From Phototrophicaceae bacterium (GTDB lineage: Bacteria > Chloroflexota > Anaerolineae > Aggregatilineales > Phototrophicaceae): a stretch of DNA of 64,000 nucleotides. A program made the translations under genes and the position numbers. The stretch lies in assembly GCA_049680565.1 (NCBI GenBank), contig JBAUIA010000411.1, positions 2,928 through 66,927 of the forward strand. The letters are read 5' to 3'. Below the pieces are notes generated by a model. The model was given only the letters and a program-made list of their open reading frames with translations, searched no databases and was not told the DNA's origin. Every line of letters starts with the position of its first letter. Within the stretch, counting starts at the first letter, position 1. Below are positions 41,094 to 51,199 of the stretch, piece by piece.

Positions 41094-41219
41094 TTTGGTA
41101 AGAATATCGTCAATAAAAGATAACATTAACCCCATAAGCACTAAAATGACTTGTGCAGATTGAAATCCTGTAATAGTTTAGATAGAACGATTAATTATTA
41201 GATAAAAGCAGGTTTCAAG

Positions 41220-41423
41220 ATGCCGATTGAATTTTATGATGTAAAACTTCGCAAAAAAGTGGCTGTAGAAGATTCAAAAATTCGTAAAGTAACCTTCGAT
41301 ACCAAAAGTGGTCTACGCTATGGTCTCAAAGGTAAAACAGACGATGGACGTAAATTGACAACCTTCGTCAGCAAAGCAAATTGGGAAAGCTATACATTCC
41401 CTGAAGGTGATTTCGAGGATTAA
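41220..41423 (+). CDS. Small basic beta-rich protein (67 aa), unknown function
   Basis: MPIEFYDVKLRKKVAVEDSKIRKVTFDTKSGLRYGLKGKTDDGRKLTTFVSKANWESYTFPEGDFED. It has its own terminator and an upstream AT-rich region. Confidence 0.6.
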   Translation: MPIEFYDVKLRKKVAVEDSKIRKVTFDTKSGLRYGLKGKTDDGRKLTTFVSKANWESYTFPEGDFED

Positions 41424-41444
41424 GTAAGCGAAGCATAGCTAAAC

Positions 41445-41480
41445 AAAAAGCCACTGGCTATCATTCACCAGTGGCTTTTT
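41445..41480. terminator. Bidirectional intrinsic terminator between the 67-aa gene and gltB
   Basis: AAAAA-AGCCACTGG-ctatcattca-CCAGTGGCT-TTTT. The stem is a perfect 9 bp with A and T runs on both sides. Confidence 0.9.
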
Positions 41481-41494
41481 ATTTGTATCTGCTG

Positions 41495-44400
41495 TTATGA
41501 TTTAGGTTGCAATTTTATGAAGTGATTTTCAGGGCGTTTCAGCAATGTATAGAGATGCGATACAGCATCGGCTTGTGTGCTGAATTCGAGTGTTTGGATG
41601 TAATATTGCAGCAATTCTCGCACATCTTGTACACCGACTTCATCAAGTTGATATAATTCCACAGGTGATCCCGGTGCAATCCGCCGACGAATTGCATCCA
41701 TTGTGAGATTCATTGTCGGTTGCACACGTTGATAAACAACACCCCCTGTCATCCCCGAGCAAATCCAAGGACCGGGGTCACCCAGTACCAATGCGCGTCC
41801 ACTAGTCATATACTCAAAAGCATAGCCTTTAAGATTCGCCCGCGCACCAAGTCCACCGAGTTCATCACGCAATGGTTCGCTGATTTCACCACCAAAGATT
41901 ACATCCGCACCACTCATGCGGATACAAGCACGGGTATCGGCATCGCCCTGCACAATAAATAAGCCACCTTGTGCGCCATATGCAAAACTTTTACCGACAG
42001 AGCCATCAAGCCTTGCACCATTATGGTTTAAGCCCTTGAGAATGGTAATCACACCGCCTTTAGCACATTTACCCACACCATCTTGTGCGCCACCTTCAGC
42101 GAGGATTGAAACAGGTGCATCAATGAATGCGCCTAAGCCATTACCGGGGACTGCACTATTGCTGAAACTCAGATGAATGGCATCCAGTCGGTCTGTATTC
42201 GGGATTTCGTTACGTTTGATCGCACCACATAGATGGGTGCCTAAGGCGCGGTCATGTGCCATCACTTGTTCATCATCGTAGGTGAGTTCATATTCACCTT
42301 TATTGACGTAGCGAATAACTTCTTCAGTAATTTGACGACTAATGATATTGCGTGGTCGTGATATGCGTAAACCACCAGCTTGTGTCGGTTTATTGGCTTG
42401 CATTGGTACAGATTTCAATAAGGTTGTGAGATCAATACGATCATGCATTTGTGTTTGTTCGAGTAAGTCAGCACGCCCTACAAGATCATTGACATTATTA
42501 AAGCCGAGTTTTGCAGTCCATTTCTTGATGTCTTCTGATAATGCACAGAATACATTATAGATACCATCTGCTGATCCTTTTTCGTGGAAGGGACGGAATG
42601 CCTTGAAATTTTTCATCTCGGCTTCTTCCTTCGTTTTAACATGGGTGGTAATACCAACATGGCATGTCCCATCTTGGCAACCTCGGCAAATTGTACAACC
42701 GACTGAAACCATTGCTAATGTCCCAAACCCAACACGATTAGCACCTAGACACATCAGCTTAACAACATCGCGTCCCGTTTTCATACCCCCATCAACCCAT
42801 AATTCAACATCATCACGCAAACCACTGGCAATTAACGCGCGATGCGATAGCCAGACACCAATTTCAGCAGGTAATCCAACATGACGTAGCGCATGAGCGC
42901 GTGCAGCGCCTGTACCCCCTGTATAGCCCGTTATTGTAATAATATCTGCGCCAGCTTTGGCAACACCAACTGCGATGATGCCCACACCCGGAACAACTGG
43001 AATTTTGACACTCACTTTAGCGTGAGGATTAGCAGTTTTAAGTTCATCAATGAGTTGTGCAAGGTCTTCGATTGAGTACAGATCATGATTGTTGCTCGGT
43101 GAAATTAATGCTACACCGGGCGTTGTTCCGCGTGATGCTGCGACTTGTTCTGTTACTTTAAATCCGGGTAGATGTCCACCTTCACCGGGTTTCGCACCTT
43201 GCCCAATTTTGATTTCGATGAAGTCAGCAGAGTTTAATAAACCGATATTGACCCCAAAGCGACCTGATGCAACCTGTTGACCACGCCAAGGTTTATATTT
43301 ACCGATCATATCAAGCAGTTCGCCACCTTCACCATTCATGCAAATAATATTGAGCATTTTGGCAGCTTCGGCATAGGTGCGATATGCTAATTCACCTTGT
43401 GAGCCATAAGACATTGCACTGATGATAACAGGCATACTATGATTACCGACCCGTAAATCAACATCTTCAGGTTTAACCGTACTATCAGTCTCTTTCATGC
43501 TCAGTAAATGACGAATACTAACAGGGATTTGGGATTCCCAAGTTTGGACTTCATCAGTGTATTCTTCCCATGTCATCTCATTTTGTGCGACAGCTTCAGC
43601 TTTTTTCCACACTTTAGGGAAGAAACGATCTGGATTCTGTAATCGTGACCGTACATCCCCTCGGAACTCACTCGCGCGTTCTTCTGCATCTTGCTGCAAA
43701 GTTGACCATGTTAAACCGCGTGCTTCACTACCAAAGTAGTTGGGTGTACCAAAAATATTTGCAATTGCATTACCAAAACCAATTGAACTAAAGCTATGTC
43801 CGTAGCCACGCAATTCATGGCAACCAATGGTTGATGTAACCTTTTGCAAGCCTTTTGTCATTGCTCCAATTGTGTTATTCATTGCTAGGCGAATTTGCTC
43901 ATCGTCAGGGGTAGTTTGGCTACCACGGGGTGCAATGCCGATGGCAACAGCATAAACTGCATAGGGTAGGAGTGCATTTGCACCAAGGCTAATACAAAGT
44001 GCCATATCATGCAGGTCGCGTAATGATGCGGATCGCACGACAATACCTGTCCGACGACGTAGATTCGGTTGTGTATCGGCACTGCGTAACGCTTTATCGA
44101 CAGCAGCAGTTGCCAATAGGGGATCAATCCACAGATGCGCACCCTCTGTTACAACCGTATCATCAAGCACAAGACATTGTGTGCCTGTTGCAACAGCTTC
44201 AATGGCTGCAAATTGGATACGTTCAATCGCTGCTTCGATGCGTTCGTCAGGCAAAGCACTGAGCGACAGTATGGTTGCTTTTTCGCCGAATACATCAAGC
44301 AGGCTTTCTAAGGACATTGTGCCATTTTCAGCAGCAATATCTTGCATCAGTTCTGCATCACCGAGTGCATTGAAACCACCTGTTAAGAAGGGCGTTTCGA

Positions 44401-46195
44401 GTTGTATCAGCAAATCAGATTGATCGCGTAAACTAACAATATTAGGACGCGCACCGACTAAGACGCGTGTTGTAAATTGGGATTGCTCACGTTCACGGTC
44501 AATCGCAGGATTGGTAACGACAGCAACAGTTTCTTTAAAGTAATCTGCTAGATTTGTACGCTTTTGGCTCATTGCTGCGAGAGGACCATCCCAACCGAGT
44601 GATGCTATTAATTCTTTAGCATTTTCTGCCATAGCACTGATAATCTCGACATGATAGCGTTCCCAACCCATGCCAGCCATCACCGCACCACTTACAGTGA
44701 AATCTTCACGATCCCAAGGTAAATCATGCGATGCTGCCACTGCTGCTTCTACGCTGCTAGGTGCAATTTGTGCTTCTGCAATAGCCACAGGTGCTGTTTC
44801 AAATTGGCTTGCTAAACCATTGTTACCGCCAGAAGGTAATCCATTAGGAGCGGGCGCATTTTCGTAGCTGAGATTCCAAGAGGGGGAATCATAGCCTAAT
44901 GCTTGTGGACTATGTTTTGCCCAACGCCCCAATACATGGCGTTGAATAGCAGGATAATCCATAACTGTAATTTCTGATCCCGGAGTAATTTGTAGGGCAA
45001 TCTTTTCGCCGGGTGCTAATGGACGAGGTGAGCGCGACATCGAATCAAGTTGATATACACCCCGTTCTGATGACGCGAAATATTCTTTTTCAGTTTCACC
45101 AAACCATAATGGACGTAAGCCAAGCGCATCAACACTGAAAACAAGTTGGTTGCCAAGCCGTGCTGCAACACCCGCAGGACCTTGGGCAAAATGCCCCCAT
45201 GATTGGCGAATTTGGTTATACATTGAGCGAATATCTTCACGGTTTTGAATAAGATCATGTTCATAGGGTGGGAAGATATGTTCCATTGCTTCAATGAGAT
45301 CAAGCCCATGGCGTGCCGTCATCGCATGAATCATACGATCAACATCTTGTGAATCAGAGCCATTAATTTGTAATGGCACATCAAGCATGTTTGCTTCAGT
45401 GCGGAAGCGTGAAATTGTATTAAATTCGCCATTATGCCCAATAATACTAAAGGGTTGAGCGCGTTCAAAAATTGGATTGGTGTTTGTACTATAACGCGCA
45501 TGCCCCATTGTCACTGACGAAGCATAATCACGATCTCGCAATTCAGGGTAATAACGCCGTAAAATCTCGATTGTCCCTTGAACTTTATAGACAACACTGT
45601 AACGTGAAAATGATGGAAAATGTACACCCAGTTCAGCTTCTAATGTCGTTTGTAAATCAAATAAAGTTGCGTCAATTTCATCAGCCGCTACTTGACCATT
45701 TACCCCTGCAATTTGCCAGAATGTTGGCTCATTTTTCTCGGCACTTGGACCTAAAACACGACTATTAACCCGTCCACGACGTTCAATTAATAGGTGTAAC
45801 CCTGTGCTACTGATTGTACGACAAATTTGCTCAACAATATTTTCAGCGCGTTCACGGTCTACACGCGGAATAAATAAATGTGCGACCCAGAAATTGCGAT
45901 CTGTTGCAAGTGATGCCAACAAGCCTTCTTGGGCAAGCCATTTTGACCACATTTGGCGTGGGATGTCTGTCAAAATGCCGACACCATCCCCTTCACCATT
46001 GATATACCCCGTACGGTGACCCATACGCGCAAGTGCTTCTATGGTGCGCTTAACATTGCCATGTGTCGGTTGTCCACCTTTACGAACAGAACAAATTAAT
46101 GCACAGGCATCACGTTCAGTTGTATCAATGGGATGCAATCCCAAATTGTCCAATTCAGGGAGAACAATATTGTGCGGGAGGGTGCGTTTTGTCAT
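41495..46195 (-). CDS. gltB: Glutamate synthase large chain (possibly ferredoxin-dependent; no gltD adjacent)
   Basis: The start is placed at MTKRTLPH, with a GGAGG RBS 8 nt upstream; the track start is a TTG at 46237. The Ntn-amidotransferase cysteine context is ERDACALI. FMN/Fe-S central domains and a C-terminal GXGXG beta-helix region are present. About 1566 aa. Confidence 0.93.
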   Translation of the reverse strand: MTKRTLPHNIVLPELDNLGLHPIDTTERDACALICSVRKGGQPTHGNVKRTIEALARMGHRTGYINGEGDGVGILTDIPRQMWSKWLAQEGLLASLATDRNFWVAHLFIPRVDRERAENIVEQICRTISSTGLHLLIERRGRVNSRVLGPSAEKNEPTFWQIAGVNGQVAADEIDATLFDLQTTLEAELGVHFPSFSRYSVVYKVQGTIEILRRYYPELRDRDYASSVTMGHARYSTNTNPIFERAQPFSIIGHNGEFNTISRFRTEANMLDVPLQINGSDSQDVDRMIHAMTARHGLDLIEAMEHIFPPYEHDLIQNREDIRSMYNQIRQSWGHFAQGPAGVAARLGNQLVFSVDALGLRPLWFGETEKEYFASSERGVYQLDSMSRSPRPLAPGEKIALQITPGSEITVMDYPAIQRHVLGRWAKHSPQALGYDSPSWNLSYENAPAPNGLPSGGNNGLASQFETAPVAIAEAQIAPSSVEAAVAASHDLPWDREDFTVSGAVMAGMGWERYHVEIISAMAENAKELIASLGWDGPLAAMSQKRTNLADYFKETVAVVTNPAIDREREQSQFTTRVLVGARPNIVSLRDQSDLLIQLETPFLTGGFNALGDAELMQDIAAENGTMSLESLLDVFGEKATILSLSALPDERIEAAIERIQFAAIEAVATGTQCLVLDDTVVTEGAHLWIDPLLATAAVDKALRSADTQPNLRRRTGIVVRSASLRDLHDMALCISLGANALLPYAVYAVAIGIAPRGSQTTPDDEQIRLAMNNTIGAMTKGLQKVTSTIGCHELRGYGHSFSSIGFGNAIANIFGTPNYFGSEARGLTWSTLQQDAEERASEFRGDVRSRLQNPDRFFPKVWKKAEAVAQNEMTWEEYTDEVQTWESQIPVSIRHLLSMKETDSTVKPEDVDLRVGNHSMPVIISAMSYGSQGELAYRTYAEAAKMLNIICMNGEGGELLDMIGKYKPWRGQQVASGRFGVNIGLLNSADFIEIKIGQGAKPGEGGHLPGFKVTEQVAASRGTTPGVALISPSNNHDLYSIEDLAQLIDELKTANPHAKVSVKIPVVPGVGIIAVGVAKAGADIITITGYTGGTGAARAHALRHVGLPAEIGVWLSHRALIASGLRDDVELWVDGGMKTGRDVVKLMCLGANRVGFGTLAMVSVGCTICRGCQDGTCHVGITTHVKTKEEAEMKNFKAFRPFHEKGSADGIYNVFCALSEDIKKWTAKLGFNNVNDLVGRADLLEQTQMHDRIDLTTLLKSVPMQANKPTQAGGLRISRPRNIISRQITEEVIRYVNKGEYELTYDDEQVMAHDRALGTHLCGAIKRNEIPNTDRLDAIHLSFSNSAVPGNGLGAFIDAPVSILAEGGAQDGVGKCAKGGVITILKGLNHNGARLDGSVGKSFAYGAQGGLFIVQGDADTRACIRMSGADVIFGGEISEPLRDELGGLGARANLKGYAFEYMTSGRALVLGDPGPWICSGMTGGVVYQRVQPTMNLTMDAIRRRIAPGSPVELYQLDEVGVQDVRELLQYYIQTLEFSTQADAVSHLYTLLKRPENHFIKLQPKS

Positions 46196-46247
46196 CGTTG
46201 ATTCCTCCGATAATTTAGTGACTAATTTGATAGTCAATCTTATGGGT

Positions 46248-46290
46248 TATGTTTTAAAACAGTGATAATGTCACTGTTGATATGTTTTAA
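46248..46290. promoter_or_regulatory. Candidate operator upstream of gltB: a perfect palindrome flanked by a 10-bp direct repeat
   Basis: TATGTTTTAA (46248-46257), then AACAGTGA-taatg-TCACTGTT (46258-46278), then ga, then TATGTTTTAA (46281-46290). The centre is about 73 nt upstream of the gltB ATG. Confidence 0.5.
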
Positions 46291-46465
46291 TAGTAATTTT
46301 GGGGAGTTTCTATGAAGCTTAATTCTATCGATTACGAGAGAATTATCATCGTGAAAATTTACGGTGTTATAGTATGCAGTTTAGATAAAATGCACAAAAA
46401 GCTAAAAAAAACATCAGTAACTCTTGCTAAATTTTGATGCAAAACAGGCTGTCATTGTGCAAGAT

Positions 46466-46493
46466 AGTGAAAAGACCAGCTAATGCTGGTCTT
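46466..46493 (-). terminator. Hairpin/terminator downstream of the second PucR gene
   Basis: The minus strand reads AAGACCAGC-atta-GCTGGTCTT followed by TTC. The stem is a perfect 9 bp but the U-tract is short. Confidence 0.55.
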
Positions 46494-46503
46494 GAGTAGA
46501 GGC

Positions 46504-48150
46504 TTAGTTGAGTGTTAACAATCGGCGTATTGTGAGTGCCAGATGAAGTGCCAAGCGTGTTTCAGGGCGATTGAGGTCAATTTCTGCAATTTCGTTAATG
46601 CGGTTCATCCGATACAACAATGTATTGCGATGAACGATCAGCATTTCTGCTGTTTGGCTTAAGTTACCATGACAGGTAAAAAATGCTTCTAATGTTTTGA
46701 TTAAGTCAGCATTTTGACGCATATCATACTCGGTTAATGATCCCAATGTTTGGTTTGTAAATTGCAAGAGCTTTTCACGATCATTCAAGGATAATATAAG
46801 CTGGTACACACCAAGATCACCAATATAGAGCGGTGTATCAGTTTGAAGACGTACCGCAAGATCGCGTGCTTGTACTGCATCACGATACGATGTGCGCCAT
46901 GAACTGACATCTTTTGCAGGTTGCCCCAATCCAATGGCTAGACGACTACCGGGGTATTGCCGATTAATTTCTTTTGAGAAAATGTTGGCTAATTTAATCG
47001 TATTATCAATGGGGTCTTCTGAATTGGTGGCATGAAATACGACTACTTCTTGTTCGCGCTCACGTTGCCATACCAGTGCATCAGCCCGTTGCGCATCCAG
47101 AATACTGTTAATCATGGTTTCTAAACGACGATTAGAAGGTGGTGCATCACCACGCCATGACATCACAACTGCCATATGGGTTGCATTCATTTCATGTTCA
47201 AAACGCTCGCCTTGGCGCACAGCTTCTTGCTGGCTCACATCGCCAATGAGTAGGCGATCTAAAAAAGTTCCCCGTAAGCGTTTTTCAGTTTCACTAACGG
47301 CTTTTAACTTTGCCATCTCTAAAGCACATGCAGCAGCCCCATGCTCTGCAACTAGCAAATCGATATCATCAATATCGCTATCATGCCCAATGATTGACAG
47401 ATAACCACGTCCAATCCCTTTTGTGATAATTGGCGCAACTAAGCGTGCGATACCGGGCAATGCAAGCGATTGCATCAAAACAGCATTTTCAGTTTCATTC
47501 ACCCGATGCCGATCTTGAAATTCAGCAGGGAGATTATTGGGTTGCTTCACAAATCCTTCAATATCATCCCACATAGCGACAAATTGTGGCTGAACCGTAT
47601 ACTCCATAATGCCCATACGTTTATCTTGGATCACAACCGCTTTGCTGGTGAGACGCGCCATTGCATTGATGAGTTCGGCTAACCCTTCATTCCGTGACGA
47701 AATTTGTGTTAGTTGACGATAAATTTGTGTACCACGGCGCTCAAGTTGGCTTTTTTGGTCAACGAGTAGGCTAATTACTGTTTTTTCTACAACACGCGGA
47801 CGACTGTTTTGCGGTAAAGTTAAAATAGGAACACTATAGGCTTTTGCTTCCGCTAGTGCTGTTGGGGTAGGGGTATCAAATAATACAACTGCTGATGCCT
47901 TTTGATCGGCTGCCCAACGGATAACTTCAACATCACTGCTCGCCGTTGATTTCGGATTTGCTTTGGGGGCAACGATAATCATTTCTTCAATTTGTAAAGA
48001 TTTATTGGCGAAATTATCATCCAAATAAATAAGTGTTGTCCAAGAAACAGGACGATTCAATAATCCATCACCTGTTATCACCCGTGTGCCGAGCGGTAAG
48101 GCTAATTTACGAACATCTTCGATAGTGAGTGTGCTTGTAGCGTCTGTCAT
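46504..48150 (-). CDS. PucR-family transcriptional regulator (paralog of 39444..41093)
   Basis: The start is placed at MTDATSTLTIEDVRKLALPLGT, parallel to the paralog's N-terminus; the track start is 48222. The C-terminal HTH is LSQTAEMLIVHRNTLLYRMNRINEIA. Confidence 0.85.
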   Translation of the reverse strand: MTDATSTLTIEDVRKLALPLGTRVITGDGLLNRPVSWTTLIYLDDNFANKSLQIEEMIIVAPKANPKSTASSDVEVIRWAADQKASAVVLFDTPTPTALAEAKAYSVPILTLPQNSRPRVVEKTVISLLVDQKSQLERRGTQIYRQLTQISSRNEGLAELINAMARLTSKAVVIQDKRMGIMEYTVQPQFVAMWDDIEGFVKQPNNLPAEFQDRHRVNETENAVLMQSLALPGIARLVAPIITKGIGRGYLSIIGHDSDIDDIDLLVAEHGAAACALEMAKLKAVSETEKRLRGTFLDRLLIGDVSQQEAVRQGERFEHEMNATHMAVVMSWRGDAPPSNRRLETMINSILDAQRADALVWQREREQEVVVFHATNSEDPIDNTIKLANIFSKEINRQYPGSRLAIGLGQPAKDVSSWRTSYRDAVQARDLAVRLQTDTPLYIGDLGVYQLILSLNDREKLLQFTNQTLGSLTEYDMRQNADLIKTLEAFFTCHGNLSQTAEMLIVHRNTLLYRMNRINEIAEIDLNRPETRLALHLALTIRRLLTLN

Positions 48151-48249
48151 AATTCCCGTATTTCCCCAGCGCAATTTCGTAAGACTTTTAACGCAATCTA
48201 TAGTTTCTGTCAATATGCACAAAGTGTGTTGTGCGAATTTACTTTGATT

Positions 48250-48642
48250 TTACGCTTCATTGGTCAATACACCTAGTATGAGAATGACATATGTTGCTGC
48301 CAATGAAAGCAATCTCAAATCAAGGGGAATACTAAACCAACCACGAAAGTCTGATAGTACATAAAACGTTGCAAATAATCCTAAGATCGTCGCTACCATC
48401 CATGTGATAGGACTGACACGCCAACTTTCGTTATCATCAGATTGTATAAATTGGTAAATCCCTGATGCAAATAAGATGCCTGAAATAGTGAATGCAATCA
48501 TATAATCAGGTAAGGTATTATTCGGATCAAATAAAGATAGTAGAATGAAAACACCAGCAAGTGCAAGCCATGTTCTACGCTCAACCTTTGCTTCTTCTCG
48601 TGATTTAACATTCCCTCTACTGCGCCGTCTTGCCATGAGCAA
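48250..48642 (-). CDS. Small membrane protein (4 TM), unknown function
   Basis: 130 aa, with a basic N-terminus and four hydrophobic helices. Confidence 0.6.
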   Translation of the reverse strand: MLMARRRSRGNVKSREEAKVERRTWLALAGVFILLSLFDPNNTLPDYMIAFTISGILFASGIYQFIQSDDNESWRVSPITWMVATILGLFATFYVLSDFRGWFSIPLDLRLLSLAATYVILILGVLTNEA

Positions 48643-48773
48643 CCCTCTATGATGTTATGAACAGCATAATCATACCACGATTATACCATTCCTGTTTTTT
48701 GCTAGTTAGCGATTGCGTATTCAAAAATTGCGAATACAATAACCACGACTTATGGTAGCTGAACGGACAGTTA

Positions 48774-49721
48774 ATGCGTAGATGCTTATGGATACCCATT
48801 GTATTAATGCTCATTGTGGCATGTCAACCAGATAATCGGGTAACAATTGATGGACCTATTTTAGTACAAGAAGTGACACTTGCTGCTACAGATGCACGTC
48901 CAACACGCGTACTTAGTCCAACACCCTCGCCCCTCGTGCCTGTACGTCCAACGAGCGAAGTTGTCTCACCTTTAAATCAAGTAACAGTCGATGCACAGTT
49001 TGTCTTGGTTACACCCACATTACCACCGAGCAAAACACCAACCGTAACACCTACACAAACACAGACACCGAGTGTGACACCGACAACCACAATGACAGCA
49101 ACCGCATCGACAACCGCATTAGTTTTGCCAACTAGCGAATTAATTGCTGTAACGCAACCTGCAATTTCCAATGCAAATCGCGTGTGTGATACCAACTGGT
49201 TTTTTATTGAACCACGCCCTGATAGTTGCCCACTTAATGCACCAACGGCATCAACAGGCGTTTATCAAGAATTTCAGAATGGTTATATGATTTGGGTCGG
49301 GTCGGGCAATGCTATTTACGTCATGTATAACGATGCTAATCAACCGCGTTGGGAAGTTTTCCGAGATACATTCAATGAAAACAATCCTACCATGTCTTAC
49401 CTTGATGCACCGCCACGCCAAATAAGCGGAGGATGGTCACCTCGTAGGGGATTTGGTTTATTATGGGAACAAAATGTTGGCGTGCGTAATCGTATCGGTG
49501 TTGCTACCCAACAATGGGAAGAACCATTCAGCGCTCGATTACAAACCTCAGATGATAATTCAACTTTTGTCAGTACCCCACGTAATTTTGTTTTTGGCTT
49601 AGTCGGAAATCGCAGTAATTGGCAACGCTATTTTTCATTCAGTTTTAACTCAGCAGCACCACCAATTGCAATTACACCGATTATCGGCACAGTTATCCCG
49701 ACGCGCCCACCGGGTTCGTAA
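48774..49721 (+). CDS. Putative lipoprotein with a Thr/Pro-rich linker and a C-terminal globular domain
   Basis: The signal peptide has a lipobox-like LIVAC. The linker is TPTLPPSKTPTVTPTQTQTPSVTPTTT. Confidence 0.7.
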   Translation: MRRCLWIPIVLMLIVACQPDNRVTIDGPILVQEVTLAATDARPTRVLSPTPSPLVPVRPTSEVVSPLNQVTVDAQFVLVTPTLPPSKTPTVTPTQTQTPSVTPTTTMTATASTTALVLPTSELIAVTQPAISNANRVCDTNWFFIEPRPDSCPLNAPTASTGVYQEFQNGYMIWVGSGNAIYVMYNDANQPRWEVFRDTFNENNPTMSYLDAPPRQISGGWSPRRGFGLLWEQNVGVRNRIGVATQQWEEPFSARLQTSDDNSTFVSTPRNFVFGLVGNRSNWQRYFSFSFNSAAPPIAITPIIGTVIPTRPPGS

Positions 49722-49802
49722 CGCTATAGCAACTATCGCTTGACTTTCTGACTAAATCAGTGATGATTGCGACATTTGCTCGGATTGAGGGACAAGTCGA
49801 TT

Positions 49803-50711
49803 ATGCACGTAGAAAAACCATCAAAAGCTATGCACGCTCGCAGACGCGGTCGCCATTGGGGGCGTGGACAAGGATGTTTACTATCCATATTTGTCGTAAC
49901 CCTTCTGTTTTTGTGTAGTTGTACGGCTTCGCTTGCACTCTATATTGCCTTTCCTCCTAATGCACTCGATATTGTGGTGATGGGCTTGGATTCACGCGGT
50001 AACGAAGGGGCAGTTACACGAACAGATAGTGTGATCGTGGTAGGCGTTCAGCCCTCAAACTTGACTATCAATCTACTTTCTATTCCACGCGATATTTTTA
50101 TCAATACACCGGGCTATGGTTTACAACGCATCAATACAATAAATGTCCTCGGCGAACTTGATGAGTCGGGATCGGGACCTCAATTATTATCAGATGCAAT
50201 TGAAATGAGTTTTGGCATTGGTACAGATCGCTATATGCGCTTGGATTTTCAAGCCTTTACGAGCTTGGTTGATGCTGTTGGTGGCATCACGATTGATGTA
50301 CCTTATCTGGTCGTTGATAACATGTTCCCAACAGCCGATTACGGCATAATGTCCGTTCGCTTTGAAGAAGGTCGCCAGCAAATGAATGGCGAAACGGCTT
50401 TAATTTATGCTAGAACACGCCACCAAGATGATGACTATCGCCGTGCCGAGCGTCAACAGCAAGTTGTTAATGCGTTATCCCGTAAATTGGTGAATCCCTT
50501 AAACTGGCTACCTGCATGGATTGCAATCCAACAACACACAGAAACCAATCTCAATATTCTTGATATTGGGACAATTATCCCACCGCTATTTATACGAGCA
50601 GGTAATTTTAATCAGCTTGTCATTAACCGTGACTATATCTTACCGGGTGATGGCTATGTCACACCCAACTACAATGCTCTCAATCCCTATATTCAAGAAC
50701 ATTTTAATTGA
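49803..50711 (+). CDS. LytR-CpsA-Psr (LCP) family cell-envelope phosphotransferase
   Basis: The start is placed at MHVEKPSK; the track start is a TTG at 49767. It has a TM anchor and the LCP motifs VTRTDSVIVV, LLSIPRD and ALIYARTRH. Confidence 0.85.
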   Translation: MHVEKPSKAMHARRRGRHWGRGQGCLLSIFVVTLLFLCSCTASLALYIAFPPNALDIVVMGLDSRGNEGAVTRTDSVIVVGVQPSNLTINLLSIPRDIFINTPGYGLQRINTINVLGELDESGSGPQLLSDAIEMSFGIGTDRYMRLDFQAFTSLVDAVGGITIDVPYLVVDNMFPTADYGIMSVRFEEGRQQMNGETALIYARTRHQDDDYRRAERQQQVVNALSRKLVNPLNWLPAWIAIQQHTETNLNILDIGTIIPPLFIRAGNFNQLVINRDYILPGDGYVTPNYNALNPYIQEHFN

Positions 50712-50758
50712 ATCTAAAAAGGGGCGACTTAAGCCCCTTTATGTACGCTACTTCTTAG

Positions 50759-51181
50759 CTAATTATCTTCTTCAATGAGGCGTTGATACGCGCCATCCCA
50801 ATCACTGGGATTACGGGTCATTTTACTGATTTGAATACTCGTAAAATGTGGAAATAGTCCCATCATGATTTCTGGCAAGCTATTCCAATTTTCCTCACGA
50901 ACGAGTTTTTCTAATTGAGTGGCGTATTGTTCTGACCACATCCACTCTAATTGAAATTTATCGGCTTTTTGCCAATATCCCCGTTTTTCCCATGCTTTGA
51001 TAGTATCGATGATACTTTCATCAATTTCACGCAAACAAAAGACAATCATAGCCGTCATATCACGCACATCGTCATTGATTTCACCGCTTTGTTGCCCTAA
51101 GCGGCGTAAAATTTCAGCAATCGTTCGCATCATTGCATTGCGTCGCTTGCCCGGTGTATTACTATTGATAACCCGTCCCAC
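50759..51181 (-). CDS. Hypothetical helical protein (140 aa)
   Basis: This is a clean ORF 18 nt downstream of the 146-aa ORF. No recognisable motif. Confidence 0.6.
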   Translation of the reverse strand: MGRVINSNTPGKRRNAMMRTIAEILRRLGQQSGEINDDVRDMTAMIVFCLREIDESIIDTIKAWEKRGYWQKADKFQLEWMWSEQYATQLEKLVREENWNSLPEIMMGLFPHFTSIQISKMTRNPSDWDGAYQRLIEEDN

Positions 51182-51199
51182 TCGCTACTACTCCCTTGT

